Virus record (IMG/VR): IMGVR_UViG_3300028591_000010
Location: 1-64,000 of that record
Length of the DNA stretch: 64,000 nucleotides
Source of the DNA: a virus
Lineage: Duplodnaviria > Caudoviricetes
Reading direction: 5' to 3' (one strand)
Of this stretch, positions 26,401-41,700 are shown piece by piece. The notes below the pieces were generated by a model that had not been told where the DNA came from, ran no database searches, and saw nothing but the letters and a program-made list of their open reading frames with translations. Each line of letters starts with the position of its first letter. Position 1 is the first letter of the stretch. The position numbers and the translations under genes are program-made.

Positions 26401-29400
26401 AAAGAGTAAAGACCGAGAACGATATATATTTTGGTTATATAAATCGTATAGATTCTTGGGTATAGACTTGTGCAAAAGCATTTGATAACATGAACGGAGA
26501 CTATTCTTTACAAGAATGGTATAGTACGTTAATGAACAATTACTTTAGTGTTCTGTTAGATAATGCCGAAAAGTTTGCAAAAAATGTCGTTACTGATCCA
26601 GCTCAGCAAATATTACTCCTTAACTCAGTACAAGCTGGAAGAGGGTTAATCAATAGATTTAATAGTCTGTGGGATACAAGACCAGATGAAAAATACAACG
26701 GTCCTTCTTTCTCTCCAGATGTAGATAAAATTAATAGAATGCCAGTTCGTTGGAATGATTTGTATGGAGAAACTGATTCTATAATGCCTTCATTCAATGA
26801 GATGTCTGATAATAAAGGGGCAGGAAAGTTCTATTATTATTTATCCACGAGTCCTTGGTTCTTAGATGAAACAAAGACAAAGATGGTATTATCTCAGAGA
26901 AAAGATGGAAAACTGCAGATATACATAGAAGGTCCTACTAGAGACGGATCGATAAGAAACGTCACTTTGTCATTCGACAATGATATAACAAAGGCTAGAA
27001 CGTAGGATGTAGAGAGATGGGAGTATGTTAACACCGCTAGACAAAGATTTATTCGTAAAGCTATTGCCGCTCTTGAATTTGTAAGAAAGAATCCTGGATA
27101 TGAAGTGAGATTCGATAGATCTACAAATAAAGGACAAATCTTATATAACGAAGATGGCCATATATCTCCAGTAACTGATTTTGCGTTTAATGGCGAAAAT
27201 AATAAGTAGGATTTATATACTATTCGTTTATCTAAAGAGAATCGTCTTGGTGTACTTGTAAGATTAAGTGGAGATAATGTCGGTCCGGATACTTACAATG
27301 TAAGAGGTGGTAACAATCTGATGGACGATATTGGCGGTTTTGATAGAGATTATCAGAAGCAAAAAGTCCATATATATAGCGGAGCCTTGGTTTATTTCTA
27401 TGATACTGGAAACGGACAATATATAGGTATACCTATTCAGAGTCAACCTATTGGACAAGAGGATGCTGTAAAATTAGTAGATCTTATACAAAAATATATT
27501 GCTGGTGATCGAGTAGATCAACATGGTTTCAATATAATGGAACTGCTTAAGATGCGTTTATATATGGCAGATCCAGAACGCAGAATTACTCGTAGAAACA
27601 ATACCAACAATATGATTTCTATTGAAGATGGTCACGTTGTTATAGGAAAAGACGTATTTGATATAGTATCTCAGAAAGGAGATATTATAAACAGAATAGC
27701 TTCTATGTAGAACGTTACTAGAGCTGCTATGCTTAACCAATATATGCGTACATCTGACAATAGTATTATATCAAGAGTGCGTACTTTGTTTGGTAGTGGT
27801 TAGCAGAACAGAATGCAACTCACAAACGGTCTGATATTCGATAAGGACGACTTTACTCATCGTAATGAAGGAGTAGATGTACAGGACGGTTCTACGTGGC
27901 TCGGATATATGATGCGCAATGGTTTGCTTGGTACATCTGCAAAGGGTATTGGGTACAAAGAACTTAGAATATCTAATGTGAGAGTTGTTCCTAAAGGATT
28001 CTCAGAAGAACAACCTATATAGAAAGAGATAGAACAAATACAACAAAAACCAAAGGTTGTTGTAAAAGAAGATGATTTCTTCGATAAACTTGCCAAACTT
28101 AGAGGAGCTGCACCTAAAATTTTAGACGCATCTGAAATCGATATGAATCGTGGAGTAGAACAGCAAGAATCTTTCATGTAGGATGTAATAGACTATTTCG
28201 ATTCTGTTCTTGGCATAAACGGAAGAGTTGATTTTAGTCCTACGGATGAGAAAGTTTTAATGGAACTTACTAAGAACGAAAGAGTTGCTGGTATATGTAC
28301 TGCAGAATCTATCAAACTTACTAGATATGTTCCGATGAGTGTTGCATGGCACGAAGCATTCCATAAGATATTCGAACTTGTAATACCTGCAGAAGAGCGC
28401 GATAAATTTTATAGTGCTTACCGTTGGGGAAGACGTACAAAACCATCAGATAGAGCCGTTGCAGAAGCGTTTGCAGATATGTTTATGACGTATATGCAAA
28501 ACAAACAAGCAATAAAGAATAATAAGTTCTTTAAGAAAATTCGGCCGTGGATAAAGTCAGTAGGCTTTGCAATAGGAATGGTGTTTAAGATAGGTCCTCA
28601 TAGAGCCAAATAGATGTTTAGTATGTATCACGATATAAATAAAGGTTTGTATCGTAATACTGCAATCACCAAAGAACAAAATGACAGATTTGTTAAGCTA
28701 TTTAAAAATGGTCTATATTATACTGTAACAAATACAGATAACAAACATTCTGCAGAATTCTCACATATCGCTGATATAGGTGATAGAGACAAACTCGTAA
28801 GAGGTTTATCTTATTTTATCCTTAGAGCGTTTGGTATAGATGAATTGAATCCGAATGTAGCTAGGGTCAAGATTACTGGTGGTACGGATAAAATGAAGTC
28901 TACGGTAGACCGTCTTGCAGAAATAAACGACGGTAGTATAATAGATTATCTAAAGAGTCAACATCCTGTATTTGAAGAAGTCTTTGAAAAAGTTTAGAAA
29001 GAACATAAAGGAAAAGACGGCAAAGTTGTAATGTACAACTATTATCCTAAGTTTGATGCATTAAGTAGACATATTGCTGATTATATTAGTAGCATCTTTG
29101 ATACGATGCGTAAACCTAAGATAGAGGATGATGATACTCGTACACAAACGGATGGTCAAGATGAGCAGAGTGAAGGTATAGACTTCAAGGCTAACGATAC
29201 TGATTATTGGGATAAAGCTGCTTATGAGTTCTCTAAGCTCGACGGATTGATGGACGAAGTTAAACTGTTCTTTGGTACAATTCCTTACGGCGTATATGAA
29301 GACGTAAAAAACGCTGACGGTACTATTACTAGAACAGTTGTTACAGATTATAATAGAAATAAATTCGGTTGCCCAGAATTTAGACCTGCGGAAGAGGTTT

Positions 29401-32400
29401 GGAGCTTAATGGTAAATAAATTCCATACGGCGTCTTCTATTGAAGAACTCGATAAGATGTTAGAGGAATGCGTTGCCATAGATCCATTATATGCTCAAGT
29501 ATATCAGAAGTTCCATACTCTTATTTCTGGCATCTATAAGAAGAATGAATCTGGAGTAGTTGTAGTAGCTCAAACAAATTTCGACAAAGAAGCTTTCGCT
29601 TTACAGATACTGAGTGCTATATAGAGTTAGAAGAACATATTCTTAGTAGGCTTATCTGAAAAACAAAATTCTGATGAGAATGAAGGTAAATCTGTAAGAA
29701 TTGTAGAATCTTCAATGGACAGAGATTCTAGAACGTATCCAGACCAATGGAATAGGTATTTGGTTTCGGGTCAAATTGGTGTATTCTAGAGAGAGCGTGG
29801 CGAAGGAATGTAGCTTGACTCTGAAGGACGAAGAAAGAAAACTGTATTGTTATTTAGAGAAGGTATGGGTGGTAAGAATAGTGCTGATATATTCTCTAAA
29901 ACAGCTAAGTTCTTTGGAGATATGAGGCAAGCAATTACCTCAAATAATTCTGATATAACTGTAGACGGAATAAATTATAATCTACATTCTTTCGAAGATC
30001 TAGGTAGAATAAAAGACGAAATCGTGCATAAGCTTAATACCATAGGTATTATGTTTGAAAGAGGCGCTCTTGATTATATGCTGTCTGAACTTTACGGTGG
30101 TGTTGATGCAGATGCAGTTAGACGTTTTTTAAACGATTCTCCTGTTTCGAATGATGAAAACGTACTGGAAAGTGAAAAGAAAGCTACTCTACAATCCTTC
30201 ATAAATAGAATAAACACGTACGTGTCGAATGATGGTATTATTAACCAATATGCGATAGAACAGGAAGGATATGGAAAGATTGGTTTTGTTAATAAATTGG
30301 CAAACTGGCAAGGTAAGTATAAGAGAATGAACTCTCAGAATATGGCTTATGCTTTAAATGGTAAAAAGTTATATTCTATATCTTAGAATAATAGTATATC
30401 TCATATTGTAAAACAACTTAATAGTATGGATATGGAAAACCCAACTGTTAAGGTGTTATCTGGATTTGGATATAATGTTACTAGAAACGAAATGAACCTT
30501 CCTATGGGTTCTATAATACTTAAAGCTATAGCAAACAAAAAAAAGATAAAAATTAATACTTATACATATATTGGGTTCAAAACAGACAACAAACAAGATC
30601 AAGGTTCTGAATATACAGATGAATCTACTGTAGAAGATTATATAGCTAAATTAACTATGTTGCAGCAGGGGTATTTGATATTTCCGACATTAGCGGATAA
30701 AGGTACTTGGATGTTGATGGATGGTATTGATATTCCTGGAATGAAATTTATATAGCTTTCTAAAGACGAAGATAAGTAGGATGAATCAAGCTTAGAAGAA
30801 GATAATAAATCTGTAGATCGTATGATAGTTAAAGGTGCTCCAACTATTAGAATAATAGAAGGTAAACCTTATTTAATTCCAGATAGTACTGTTGTAGACT
30901 AGATGATTGAGTATGCTAAGACAGAATTACTTGGTATACAACAATGTATGGAAGATCTTGGGTATGAAGAGATACCTGGGTATTAGAAAACCGGTAGAAA
31001 GGTATTATCTGATTCAGAGAAGATAGAAAACTACCATACAAAAAATAAGAATGTAGAACCAAATGGTACTAGATTTTTATCACTTACAGCTATTACTACT
31101 TATGAATATGATTCTAAAGAAAAGAAGTATAAACTTGTTACACACAATCTAAATGATCCCAGAGAAAGCTCTGTAAACCTTTTAAAGCGTGCTCAGGAGC
31201 ATTTCTTTGCACGTCGTGAAGGAGAGACTGTATAGCAGATGATAGCTCGTTAGAGGGAAACTATGGCGCTTACGTTAGCCGTACAAACTCAAAATGAAGT
31301 TAATACTGCTGTACAATTAGGTATAGTTCAAAAGACTAATTATTCTGCTAAGTTTGGTAAGAATGATGTAAAAGTATCCGATAAGGATACAAATCTGATG
31401 AATCTTGATACTAAAGATCTCAACGCTCTACAAATACAAGCTTTATAGCGTCAATTCATGACTACTACACGTAGAAAAGATGGTACTTTATGGGATGATG
31501 TAAAAAATCCTGCCCAAAAAGCTTTCTATGCCAAGATGGCAAAGAGTCTCGCTATAGCTGCTATATTACAAGATGCCACTAATAGACATATTATATGCTC
31601 TCAAGAAATACAAAGATGCTTTAGTGGACATCCTGCTTTATTTAAAGTAAAGTATGGTAAGACTGGTATTTTGGATAGTGCGTATGATATTCAAAAACGT
31701 ATTGGTGGTCTTGTATCTACTGGTGAAGATAATATAACAACTCTTCCTGGTATAAAATCTACATATGTTTGTGCAGAATGCAACGATTACGAAGTAGCTA
31801 GTCAATCTAACATAGCAAATAGACTTGAAGACATGTTCTGTGATAGCAATGCTAGATATATCTACGGATGTGTTACGGGCAGATGGGATGATGCATATAG
31901 CAAATCTATAGAAGAACTTGAATCAGACGAAGATTACGGAGACGCTGTAGTAAAAGCTAAAAATAAAGGTAAGATCTTTGCTAAATCGTTTACAGGTGGT
32001 ATTAATGTTGCTGACGGTGCTTCTTATATTACTGCTGATATGTGCAGAGATATGCTCAGAATGCGTGGTGCATATAATAATAAAGTACGTAAAGCATTCA
32101 AGATATTGATGAGCAGTAGTAAGTATGATTGGACTAAGACAGCAGAAGCTTATAAAGAAGTCTATATGGCTCTTAATATAGTTCCTACTAAGTATACTGC
32201 TTACGGATTTAGACAACATTCTTTGAACGGTAACCAGGTTAGCGACGTTGCTGTAGCATATTATAATAAGTTCGCACTCTTCCCAATATTCCCATGTATG
32301 GCTACTGGTAAGATGGAAGCTGTATATTAGAAAATGGTAGACGAAAAAGTAGACATGTTACTCATGACTTCGGCTGTTAAGGTTGGTAGTCAAGGGGCCG

Positions 32401-35400
32401 TATCGTTCGACGGAGAGACTATAAGCGAACCATTTAATAAGTATGAACAAGATTATTCTTACTTACGCAGACAGTTGAATACTGATCCTGAAGATAAAGA
32501 TGAAAATCATATTGGTACACAGATGATGAAGATTGGTCTTTCTAATCTTGTTGCAGAACGTACATATATTGATATGGATGGCAATGAGATTACTGGAGAT
32601 CAGATACTCGAAACAATGATGTCTTCTATCAACGAGCTTGCTAACATAGGAGCTCAGGAGATAAAAGACATGTTTATGACAGTAGATACATAGACTGATG
32701 AAAACGGTAATATAATCTCTTCAGAAGAACGAATAGACTATAAGAAGTTGTCTGAATATCTGAATGAACAATTGACGTCTAGAAATGCTAATAAGACTAT
32801 CATACAGGCTATTCAAACTACTCCTGATGGCAAGAAACTTTCTTCACCTTTAGCAGCTACCCCAGATGCAGCTTGGATTGAGAGTATTTTTATATCTACA
32901 ATGAACAAACACATTGTTGATATAACCACTCCAGGTAAATCATTTGTGCAGCGTTCTGTTTGGGCAATGGAAGGAGATAGTAATATGTCTCCTACTCTCA
33001 ATAGGGGTTAGAAACTTCAGATGATCAACGAAGATCACAGTATGGATGCTGTTATCAGTATAGATTACTTTAAGGATATACTTCCAGAAGGATTATCCTT
33101 CGAATAGTCAAAACAATGGCTTATTGATAATGGTATTATCAGTGGTTATAGAACTAATGACGAAGATATGTCACAAGAATGGTTTGATGCTGAAGCCGTT
33201 ATGATAGGATATCGTATTCCAACTCAGGCTCAATCTTCTATTCATGCTTTACGTATTGTAGATGTATTACCAGCAACAAAGACCACTATTATACTTCCAG
33301 AAGAATTTACTAAAATTACAGGTTCTGACTTTGATATTGACCATTTGTATTTGGCTTCATTCAATTTTAGAAAAGGTGAAGACGGAATGATGACTAGGAG
33401 TTTTGATGTTGGTACAAAAGAATATCATCAAAATAAGATACTTGAAATGTTGATGGTTCTTTTGAAAGATACAGAACATTCTCTCAATCATCTATATAAA
33501 CCAATTGACAACGATACAGAACTTGTTACAGACGTATCAGATTATATTGAAGAGAGTGGAAGTACTAAAGATAGTCCTTATAACTTTGGAACTTTGCACG
33601 AGCAAGTAATACGTAAAAATGACTATATTACTGGTAAGAAAGGTATCGCTCCTTTTGCTTTGAATTCTACAAGTCACGTAATGTGTAGAAACTACGGCGT
33701 AAAGTTTAAAGGCACAAAACTTGTAAATAATACAAGGCTTAAGGATTTTGATAGTAGAACAGATAAGGATAATAATCCTGTAGAATCTTGGTTGTCTGGA
33801 TTTATCAACGCTCACGTAGATATCGTAAAAGATCCTTATATTTCTAGATTGAATGTAAATCCATTTACATACAATATGCTCAATCTTATGATACGTTGTG
33901 GATGGGGAGATACCGCATTGTGGTTCTTAGCTAATCCTATTATTAGATCTATGGCTCAAGCAAATGATCTTGCAGACAGTCAATATATGAGAAGACCTAA
34001 TAAGAATAAGACAGGTAAGTCATATAGAGAAGAGCTTATATTGAATGCTGTAAAAGAATATCTTACTGATGCAGAAGTATCTGATGAAAAGATAGAATGG
34101 CTGCTAACTAGTCCTCAAGCATCTGATCAACGTATAGCATACGTAAGAAAACTTGATCAAATACAATCTAAACTTCAAGATTGTGCAATTAAAGGTACAG
34201 TAGATCACGATACTGCGCTCACTGTTTTCTATGCTTGGAAGATTCTTGAAAAATATTCTAGAGCGTTGGGTAATCTTGTTTAGCATACAAAAGTTGATAC
34301 CAGAAAATATGGTAAAAACTTTATAGCTGTGCAGAAATACTACTCTGACTATAAGAAATTATTTAGACCTAAAGGAGAAGATGCTGAGAATAGTGTTTGG
34401 GATATAGAATCGTTAAAGAATCTTGAAGAAAATTCATGGATAGGTACAAAAACAGATCTTGTAGCTCAAATGCCAATGTAGATATTTGGTGGTCTTACGT
34501 TCAATGCAAACGAGAAATTCATAAACGCTGTAATTAAGTTCTCTAGAATACTCGAAAGGGGCGGAAAAGAATTATCTGCAGACGATGTTGTACAGTTGTC
34601 TAGACATATGCAAACAGCGATCAAGTCTAAGTATTTTGTGAAGTATGCTCACGATGTACTCAAAATGTCAGATAAAGACATAGCTGATTTGTTTACTGGT
34701 TGGAAGAGCATGAATAGACAATTAGTCTCGTTAAAAGACTTAATTGCTAATGATCCAAAATATGCTAGACTTGCTTCTAATACATTCTTAAATCAAATCT
34801 ACTCCATGCTTGAAGACAAACCCGTGTTCGCGAATGGTAGAGAAATGGCAGATAGACCTGGATTTGTTACTGTACTCGATAACGTAGATGACAGCAAACT
34901 CAATTCTGATTTATTGTCTGAAGGTTGGTTAGATCTTATGAATGATGAAGATACTAGAGTTCGAAAGTTTGCCAAGAAGATGGTACTATATGCCTTCTTT
35001 ACGTCTGGTGAATTTAAAGGTTGGAATAAACTTTTGAAGTATGTTCCGTACGAATGGATATCTGGTGAAGTAGATCCACAATACCAATCTTATTCTGAAT
35101 TTATTGAAGAAGAATTATAGAATATATCTGACGACTATTCTGATCTTTACGATGACATCGTTGCTAACAACTTCATGGATTATAGATTTGCTGAACAAAC
35201 GACTGTAATTAACGAAGACGATAGCAGGAATTTCTTAAACGACGATAGAGGGGTTAAGATTGGTAAAGGTGTTGTGTTTGATCAGATAGACGACCTTTCT
35301 GAATATGTAAGTATACTCAAAAAAGGTATGCGAGCAGGTCATCAAGATTCTTATGAACTATACAAGTTAATAGATGTTGTAAAACAAGGGAAGTTGTATT

Positions 35401-35774
35401 ACCCAGTATATGCAAAGATTAAGAAACGTGGTTATCATACACGTGGCAACGATATCTATGAATATGGATGGGATTTCAATTATGCTGAGAATGAAAGAAA
35501 AGGATCTGATACATTTGATTATGAGTCAGCTATACAAAGAGTTGTAGAATATCTGAACAATGGAGAATTGTATGGATTCTCAGATGCAGATGTAAGAGCT
35601 ATCAATAAGATATATATTAGACCAGAAAAAGAAGAGCAAGTTGCTCCAAAACCAAATGAAGATGGGGTTGAATACGATTGGTAGTATATGGAAGACTCTG
35701 GTTATTCTGGAGCACTTGAAGAATTCTCTGATGAAGATGTAAATTATGAATTTGTGAATCATTGTAAACATTAA
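20478..35774 (+). CDS. Giant virion RNA polymerase polyprotein (TAG=Gln, ~5098 aa)
   Basis: More than 20 ORF-track fragments share one frame and end in TAG. Catalytic GSDFDID (33321-33341), GYRIPTQ, KRIGG and ADG motifs, zincin HEAFH (28350-28364). First TAA seen is 35772-35774. Gaps were spot-checked, not exhaustively. Confidence 0.85.
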
Positions 35775-35779
35775 CGACT

Positions 35780-38700
35780 ATGATAATATGTCCTAATTTG
35801 AGTAACAAAGAAGTTGCTCAAGAATTTGATGAATTAAAGTCCGCTTTAATGGCGGCAGATCCTAAACATGGAGAAGCGATGGCATATTAGGTGTGGTCGC
35901 TTAACAATGGTAATGCTATAGATAAGGCCCCAAATGGGGCCGAATCTTAGCTTTTTAAAAGTTTAGTGGATTACTATGAAGGTGATCGTTCTAAAGCGAT
36001 TGTAGCCAAAGCTAAGACATATTCTACGAACTTTTTAAAATGGTTTGGTAATTGGACAGGAGAAAAAGACGCTTTACCTGAGTTTGAACAAGGAGAAGTA
36101 TCTAAAGTTGTAGATGAGAATGGAGAACCTCTTGTTGTATGGCATGGAAGCAGAATATCAAATAACATTGAAGAGTTTCAAAACGACAATACATTTTTTG
36201 CAGATAGATATACTGCGTTTTCATATACCCCATTTGATGCTGAAGACGAGAGTGAATATATGTATCCTTCTTTTTTAAGTATAAAAAATCCTAAAATTAT
36301 TGACGCAAATGGTAATTTTTGGAATAATATAGAAGGAGAATCTACTGATGATATAGCTAAGAGTCTATCGGGAAACGATGGGGCAATTATCTCAAATTTA
36401 AAAGATTATTCTGATTTTACTCCAGGAAATCCAGAACTTAGTGTTGAACTTTTAAACGAAGCACCGCTTCATACAGATTATATTACTTCTTCTTCAGATC
36501 AAATAAAACATATAGATAACCGTGATGGAGAATATACAGGATCAAATATATATCATAATTTGAAAGACGAAGATGGAAATTATGAAGACGAAGTTCCGTA
36601 CGATGAAGTTTTTTCTCCTTATCCAGAATATGACGAAGAAGCAAAGAAAATGTTTCAACGCCTTGATATATTACAAAAGGAATTTAATGACTTAAAAAAC
36701 AAACGATTAGAGCTAAATAAAAAGCTTCAAGAGGCAAAATGTGACACAATTTCTAAAAAAATAATAACACTTGGAGACGGAAGAATTAAGTTTGTAGAAA
36801 AGCCTAATCATTTATTACATATAGATAATGACCAACGTATATTTACACTTGTTTCTGCTTCTATGTAGCTTGATGGAAATGTGGTAACATTTCCGTTATT
36901 ATTTCCGTCTAGAAATGTCATAAATCCTTCGTATAATTATTATAGAACAGACAACTCTATACGCGACAATACAAATAGACTTGTATATGAAATGTTATCT
37001 GTTTTAAAAAATCATGGACACTCTATAATATATTCTCCTTGGCACGTAGTAACATCCGGACTTTATTCTGAACCAGATAATGCTGGAAAATAGATAGAAC
37101 GAATGTCAAAAGTTCTTGGCATAAAGTTATCAGATTTTGTAACGCATGAAGAAACTGTTGTAGAAGATGATCAACTAAACGGAAAAGTTAGATATTACAG
37201 AATTGTGTTTAATATAGACACAATGTTGAATAGACTTAATGTTATTGGACACAATAAAGAAATATATGACATAATCAATAAAGCTTACGAACAAAAACCG
37301 GTTTCTAAAAATAATGATCTTTTAATAAAAGCCTTATAGTCGGAAGAAAGAGATATAGATGAACGTCAATCTCAAATTCAAAAAGAGATGCGAGATATAA
37401 ATGAAGGTTTATATAAAAAAGAACAAGAAAATTCAGACTTACCGTTTAATGTAACACAAGGATCGTTAATATGGCTTGTCAAAAAATATATAAACGAAGG
37501 CAGATCTAAATAGGATTTGCAACATATATTAAATGAGATAAACTATATAAACGGATCTAAAATAAAAATTAATTGGAGTAATTTTGAAGTTTACGGTGAA
37601 TAGTTAAGTGGAAAAGATAACATAAAAAGAACAAACGACGATAATGAGGAACGCATAAAAGTTATTGTAAATTATCTAAATGAAAAATTTGGAAATAAAC
37701 TACAAGTAGAATATATAGACGAAGATGTTTGGTTAAGAGACGGTAGATTATATAATGGTTCTAATTCTTGTGTAATTGGAGATATTATATATCTTCGTAA
37801 ATCTAGAATGACTACGGAAATAGCAGCAGAAGAAATGCTTCATACTCTAATTCACGGGATGAAACATGGAAATAACGAACTCGGAAATAGATAGTTATTT
37901 GATAACCTTTTCGAAAAAGCTAAATAGTAGTTCCCAAAATTATGGGAAGAAATACAGTCTGTATATAAATATAATCATGATGAAGAACTTGTAACTTAGG
38001 TACTAGCTAGATATTTTAATAGAGATTTTGATAAACACGATACTTACAAATTAGAAGACCTTATAAACAAATTTAAAAACTGGTTTATAAAGCTATTTAA
38101 AGATTTATTAGAAGAATTTGCCGGAAATTATTATACTACTGTCGGTAATATAAACCCGTTAGTAGATTTCTAGGACATAAGTGATATGTTACTTGCAAAA
38201 AATCTAAAATTTGATATATAGACGATACCAGAAATACATAAGGAAAATTTATCTAACAAAACTTCTCATATATATTCAGAAGATCAAATATTACATAGTA
38301 TATCGACTCGTCAACAGGCTGCTCAAGATGAAGCGAACCGTCTTATTACTCGTATGAACGTATTATATAAACAATACGAAAAGATAAAAGACAAGACTCC
38401 TTCGCAAGAGAGATTAGCTAATCAAATATTTGAAACATTAAATAGACTTAAATAGCATAGAGATATATCTGCTGTACAGATAGCACTAGAACAGGCTAAG
38501 TTAACTCTTGGACAATATGATCCTACAACAGGAGAACCTGTTCAAATAAGTAGTATATACAAATATCTATACGATGCTCAGCAAAATGGATTCTCTGGAC
38601 TATCTCCACAGTCGTTAGTAGATATGTATAGAAACTCCATTAAGTTCTATAAAGACTTAATAGATAATATACCTTCTGAACAAGCTATTGATCTTACACA

Positions 38701-41700
38701 AGAAGATAAGGATTCTATAGCAAACTTGAAATCTCTTATAGACGATCATATAATGCCTATATGGACACAGGCTATTATGACTATAGGAGATCAGATAGTA
38801 GACGATTAGATAGACTCTGAAGTGTTTTCGTCTGAAGAAAATAAGGAAGATATGAAGAAAGTTGCTAAAGACTGGCTTCATAAGAATCTTATGTACGGCG
38901 ATATTACAGCAGTTACTAGCTATGTATATAACTACTCTAACTCTTCTAATCCTATAATTAAACAAGCTTTTCATCTTATACAATCTGCAGAATAGAAGAC
39001 TCTTGAAGAAGTACATGGAATAGCTCCAAAGTTAATGAAAGCTTATTAGAAAGCTAATAGTGGAACTAGGTCGTTTACTCCAGGATGGTAGTCTATGATG
39101 ATGGAATTCGATGATAAAGGTATTCCTACTGGAAACTTTGTAAGAGATATTAATTACGGTTTATATCAAAAAGACTTCAAAGAGTTTTTAGAAAAACTTA
39201 ATGAAGATTTTATACGTAAATATAAATACACATACGTTGTCGATGATACTGGCGCTATTACTAACAGCTTAACTGGTGAGTTTGCTGAAGATGAAGAATG
39301 GGGTTCAAACGGAGAAATGCCTAAATATATAGAGTATTTGCAAGAAATAGAAAACTTCAAATCAGATCGTGTACATAGGAGATATAAACCTCAATATTAT
39401 ATGGAAAGGTTGAGTAGACCTTATGATGGTACTATTGATCCTATGAATCCTGATTTCAAAGGTACGAAATTTCATCATGGTTTATCTCCAAAAACCCTGT
39501 CTAGATATTCATACTATCAGAGTAATATTAATTACTATCTGAACAAATGTTAGGATCCTGTTACGGGTTTAGTATATCCAGAAAAATTATCTAAAGACGA
39601 TTAGTTCTCCTTAGATAAATGGAAAGACAGACTCGATAAATTTACATCTATTTTTAATGAAGATGGTTCTTACAAGATTGGTGAGGATTTGAAAATGGCC
39701 TATGAAGTGCGTGCTTGGTAGAAGTGGCTTGGCCAACATACGAATGCAGAAGTGATGTAGGATGACTTTAATAGAGAGCGTGTACAAATATAGCAAGAAT
39801 CTATAAACACAGGAAATCCTAAACTGTTAGATGACTTCTTAAAGTATAACTCTAGAGCAGGTATAAATCCAGACTATATAAAACAGTCAGTAGGAAGTAT
39901 GCATTCTGATAAGATAGATACAGATACTTCATTTAGGGGTAAATTGTTAAGATCTTCATTATAGGGAATGGTTAGTAACCCTAGAATATTCGGAAGAGAG
40001 CTTTAGAAGATGATTAACAACCCATTATTCTGGTTGTAGTGTAAAGCATCTGATCAAGCTATAGAAGATGCAAACGATCCAACTAATACTAGCGGATGGA
40101 CAAAAGATCAAGTAGAAGCGTTCTAGAATGACTTTTATCAGAAAGACATTCTATATGTAGACGAGTACGGTTTTTATATTGATGAAAACGGAAATAAAAT
40201 AAACCCAAGTGATCCATCTGCGAAAGGATTAGAAGACGCTGGAAAACTTTTAACGTTTAGACAATATCTTATAAATAGATATACAGATGAAGCTTTACGT
40301 ACTGGTCAAGTTTCTGGTCTTATAGACGAATCTACAGGTACTCCAATAGACTTTAGTGGTTTAACACAAACTCAAATAAGAAAACAAATATCTAACTTAC
40401 TATCTTATAAGAAAACTTATTGGGATGAAGACGGTAATATTGATAGAATAGAAGACGAACCTCTTACTATATTCTCAATATTAGCCCCATCAAAAGACAA
40501 GTTCTTCAATACACGTACAAATAGAGAAGAGCCTACTGTTGTTTTAGTTGGAGATTCTAGATTTAAAGACTCTCAATCATTCTTGAGTGATACGTATTAT
40601 GAAAAATATAATAAAGGAAATCAAGTAGCAGAAATACCTGATATAAATTACGATAATGGCAGATACGATAATTCAGAAGCTTATAATAAAGTCATGCAAG
40701 ATGATGATGTACGCGAGTTGTATGAATTATTAGTATAGACTATGTAGGATATGCAGGCTATATACTCTACTAATAGAAAATTTAATTATAAACTTCCATA
40801 GATAAATGCTCGTACGTGTGCTTTATTCTCTAGATTACTAAAACGAGGATACACCAAGAAGTCTATACAAGGTATGTGGGATTCTATGACTAATATAGAA
40901 GCTAACGATGATTTATTGCGTACTAAGTAGGATTATTTTGTCGGTGTAGATGGAGAAGTAGGTAATGATGTACCTTTGAAGTTTATAAGAGATCTTAAAA
41001 ACAAAGAGGATTTATCTACAGATTTGGTTAGTTCTGTCATCATGTTTGTTGACATGGCTCTTAATTATAAGAACAAATCAGAAATAGATTCGAAACTCAA
41101 AGTGCTTAGATATAACATGGATAAAGATGTCCGTGAAGTATATGAGAGTAAACTTAAACCAAGACAAGAACAATCTGCAAAAGAGAATAGTAACTCCATA
41201 AAAATGTTTGATTCTATGATGGACGTGTCTATGTATGGTAATAAGTTCGGTAATACTTCTGAAGGAGGTCCAAGTCGAACTAGAGTTGCTTTACATAAAA
41301 CAGCAGATGTATTCCAAGAGGTAGAATCTACAGCAATGCTTGGTTTAAATATGTTTTCTATGGCAGTAGGGTTCGGAGATTCTATTACTCGTATCGTATC
41401 AGAGAGTGTAGCCGGTAAATATATGACAATTGGAGATTGTCTTTGGGCTTTAGGTAAATGCCTATATTATACTCCAGCGTGCATAAAAAATATGTTCAAT
41501 CCTTTAGCTAACAATAAGATGACTGCTCTCATGTAGATGAATGGTATATCTAAAGGAACATTCGGTACATATGTGAAAGCAGATTGGGGTAAAGGTAGAA
41601 AATTCTTAACGAGTATTCTTATGGGCGGCTGGTCTATGTTAGATTGGATGGCTAATGCTTTACTTATGATGTCTTTCTATCATAATTGTAGACTATACGA

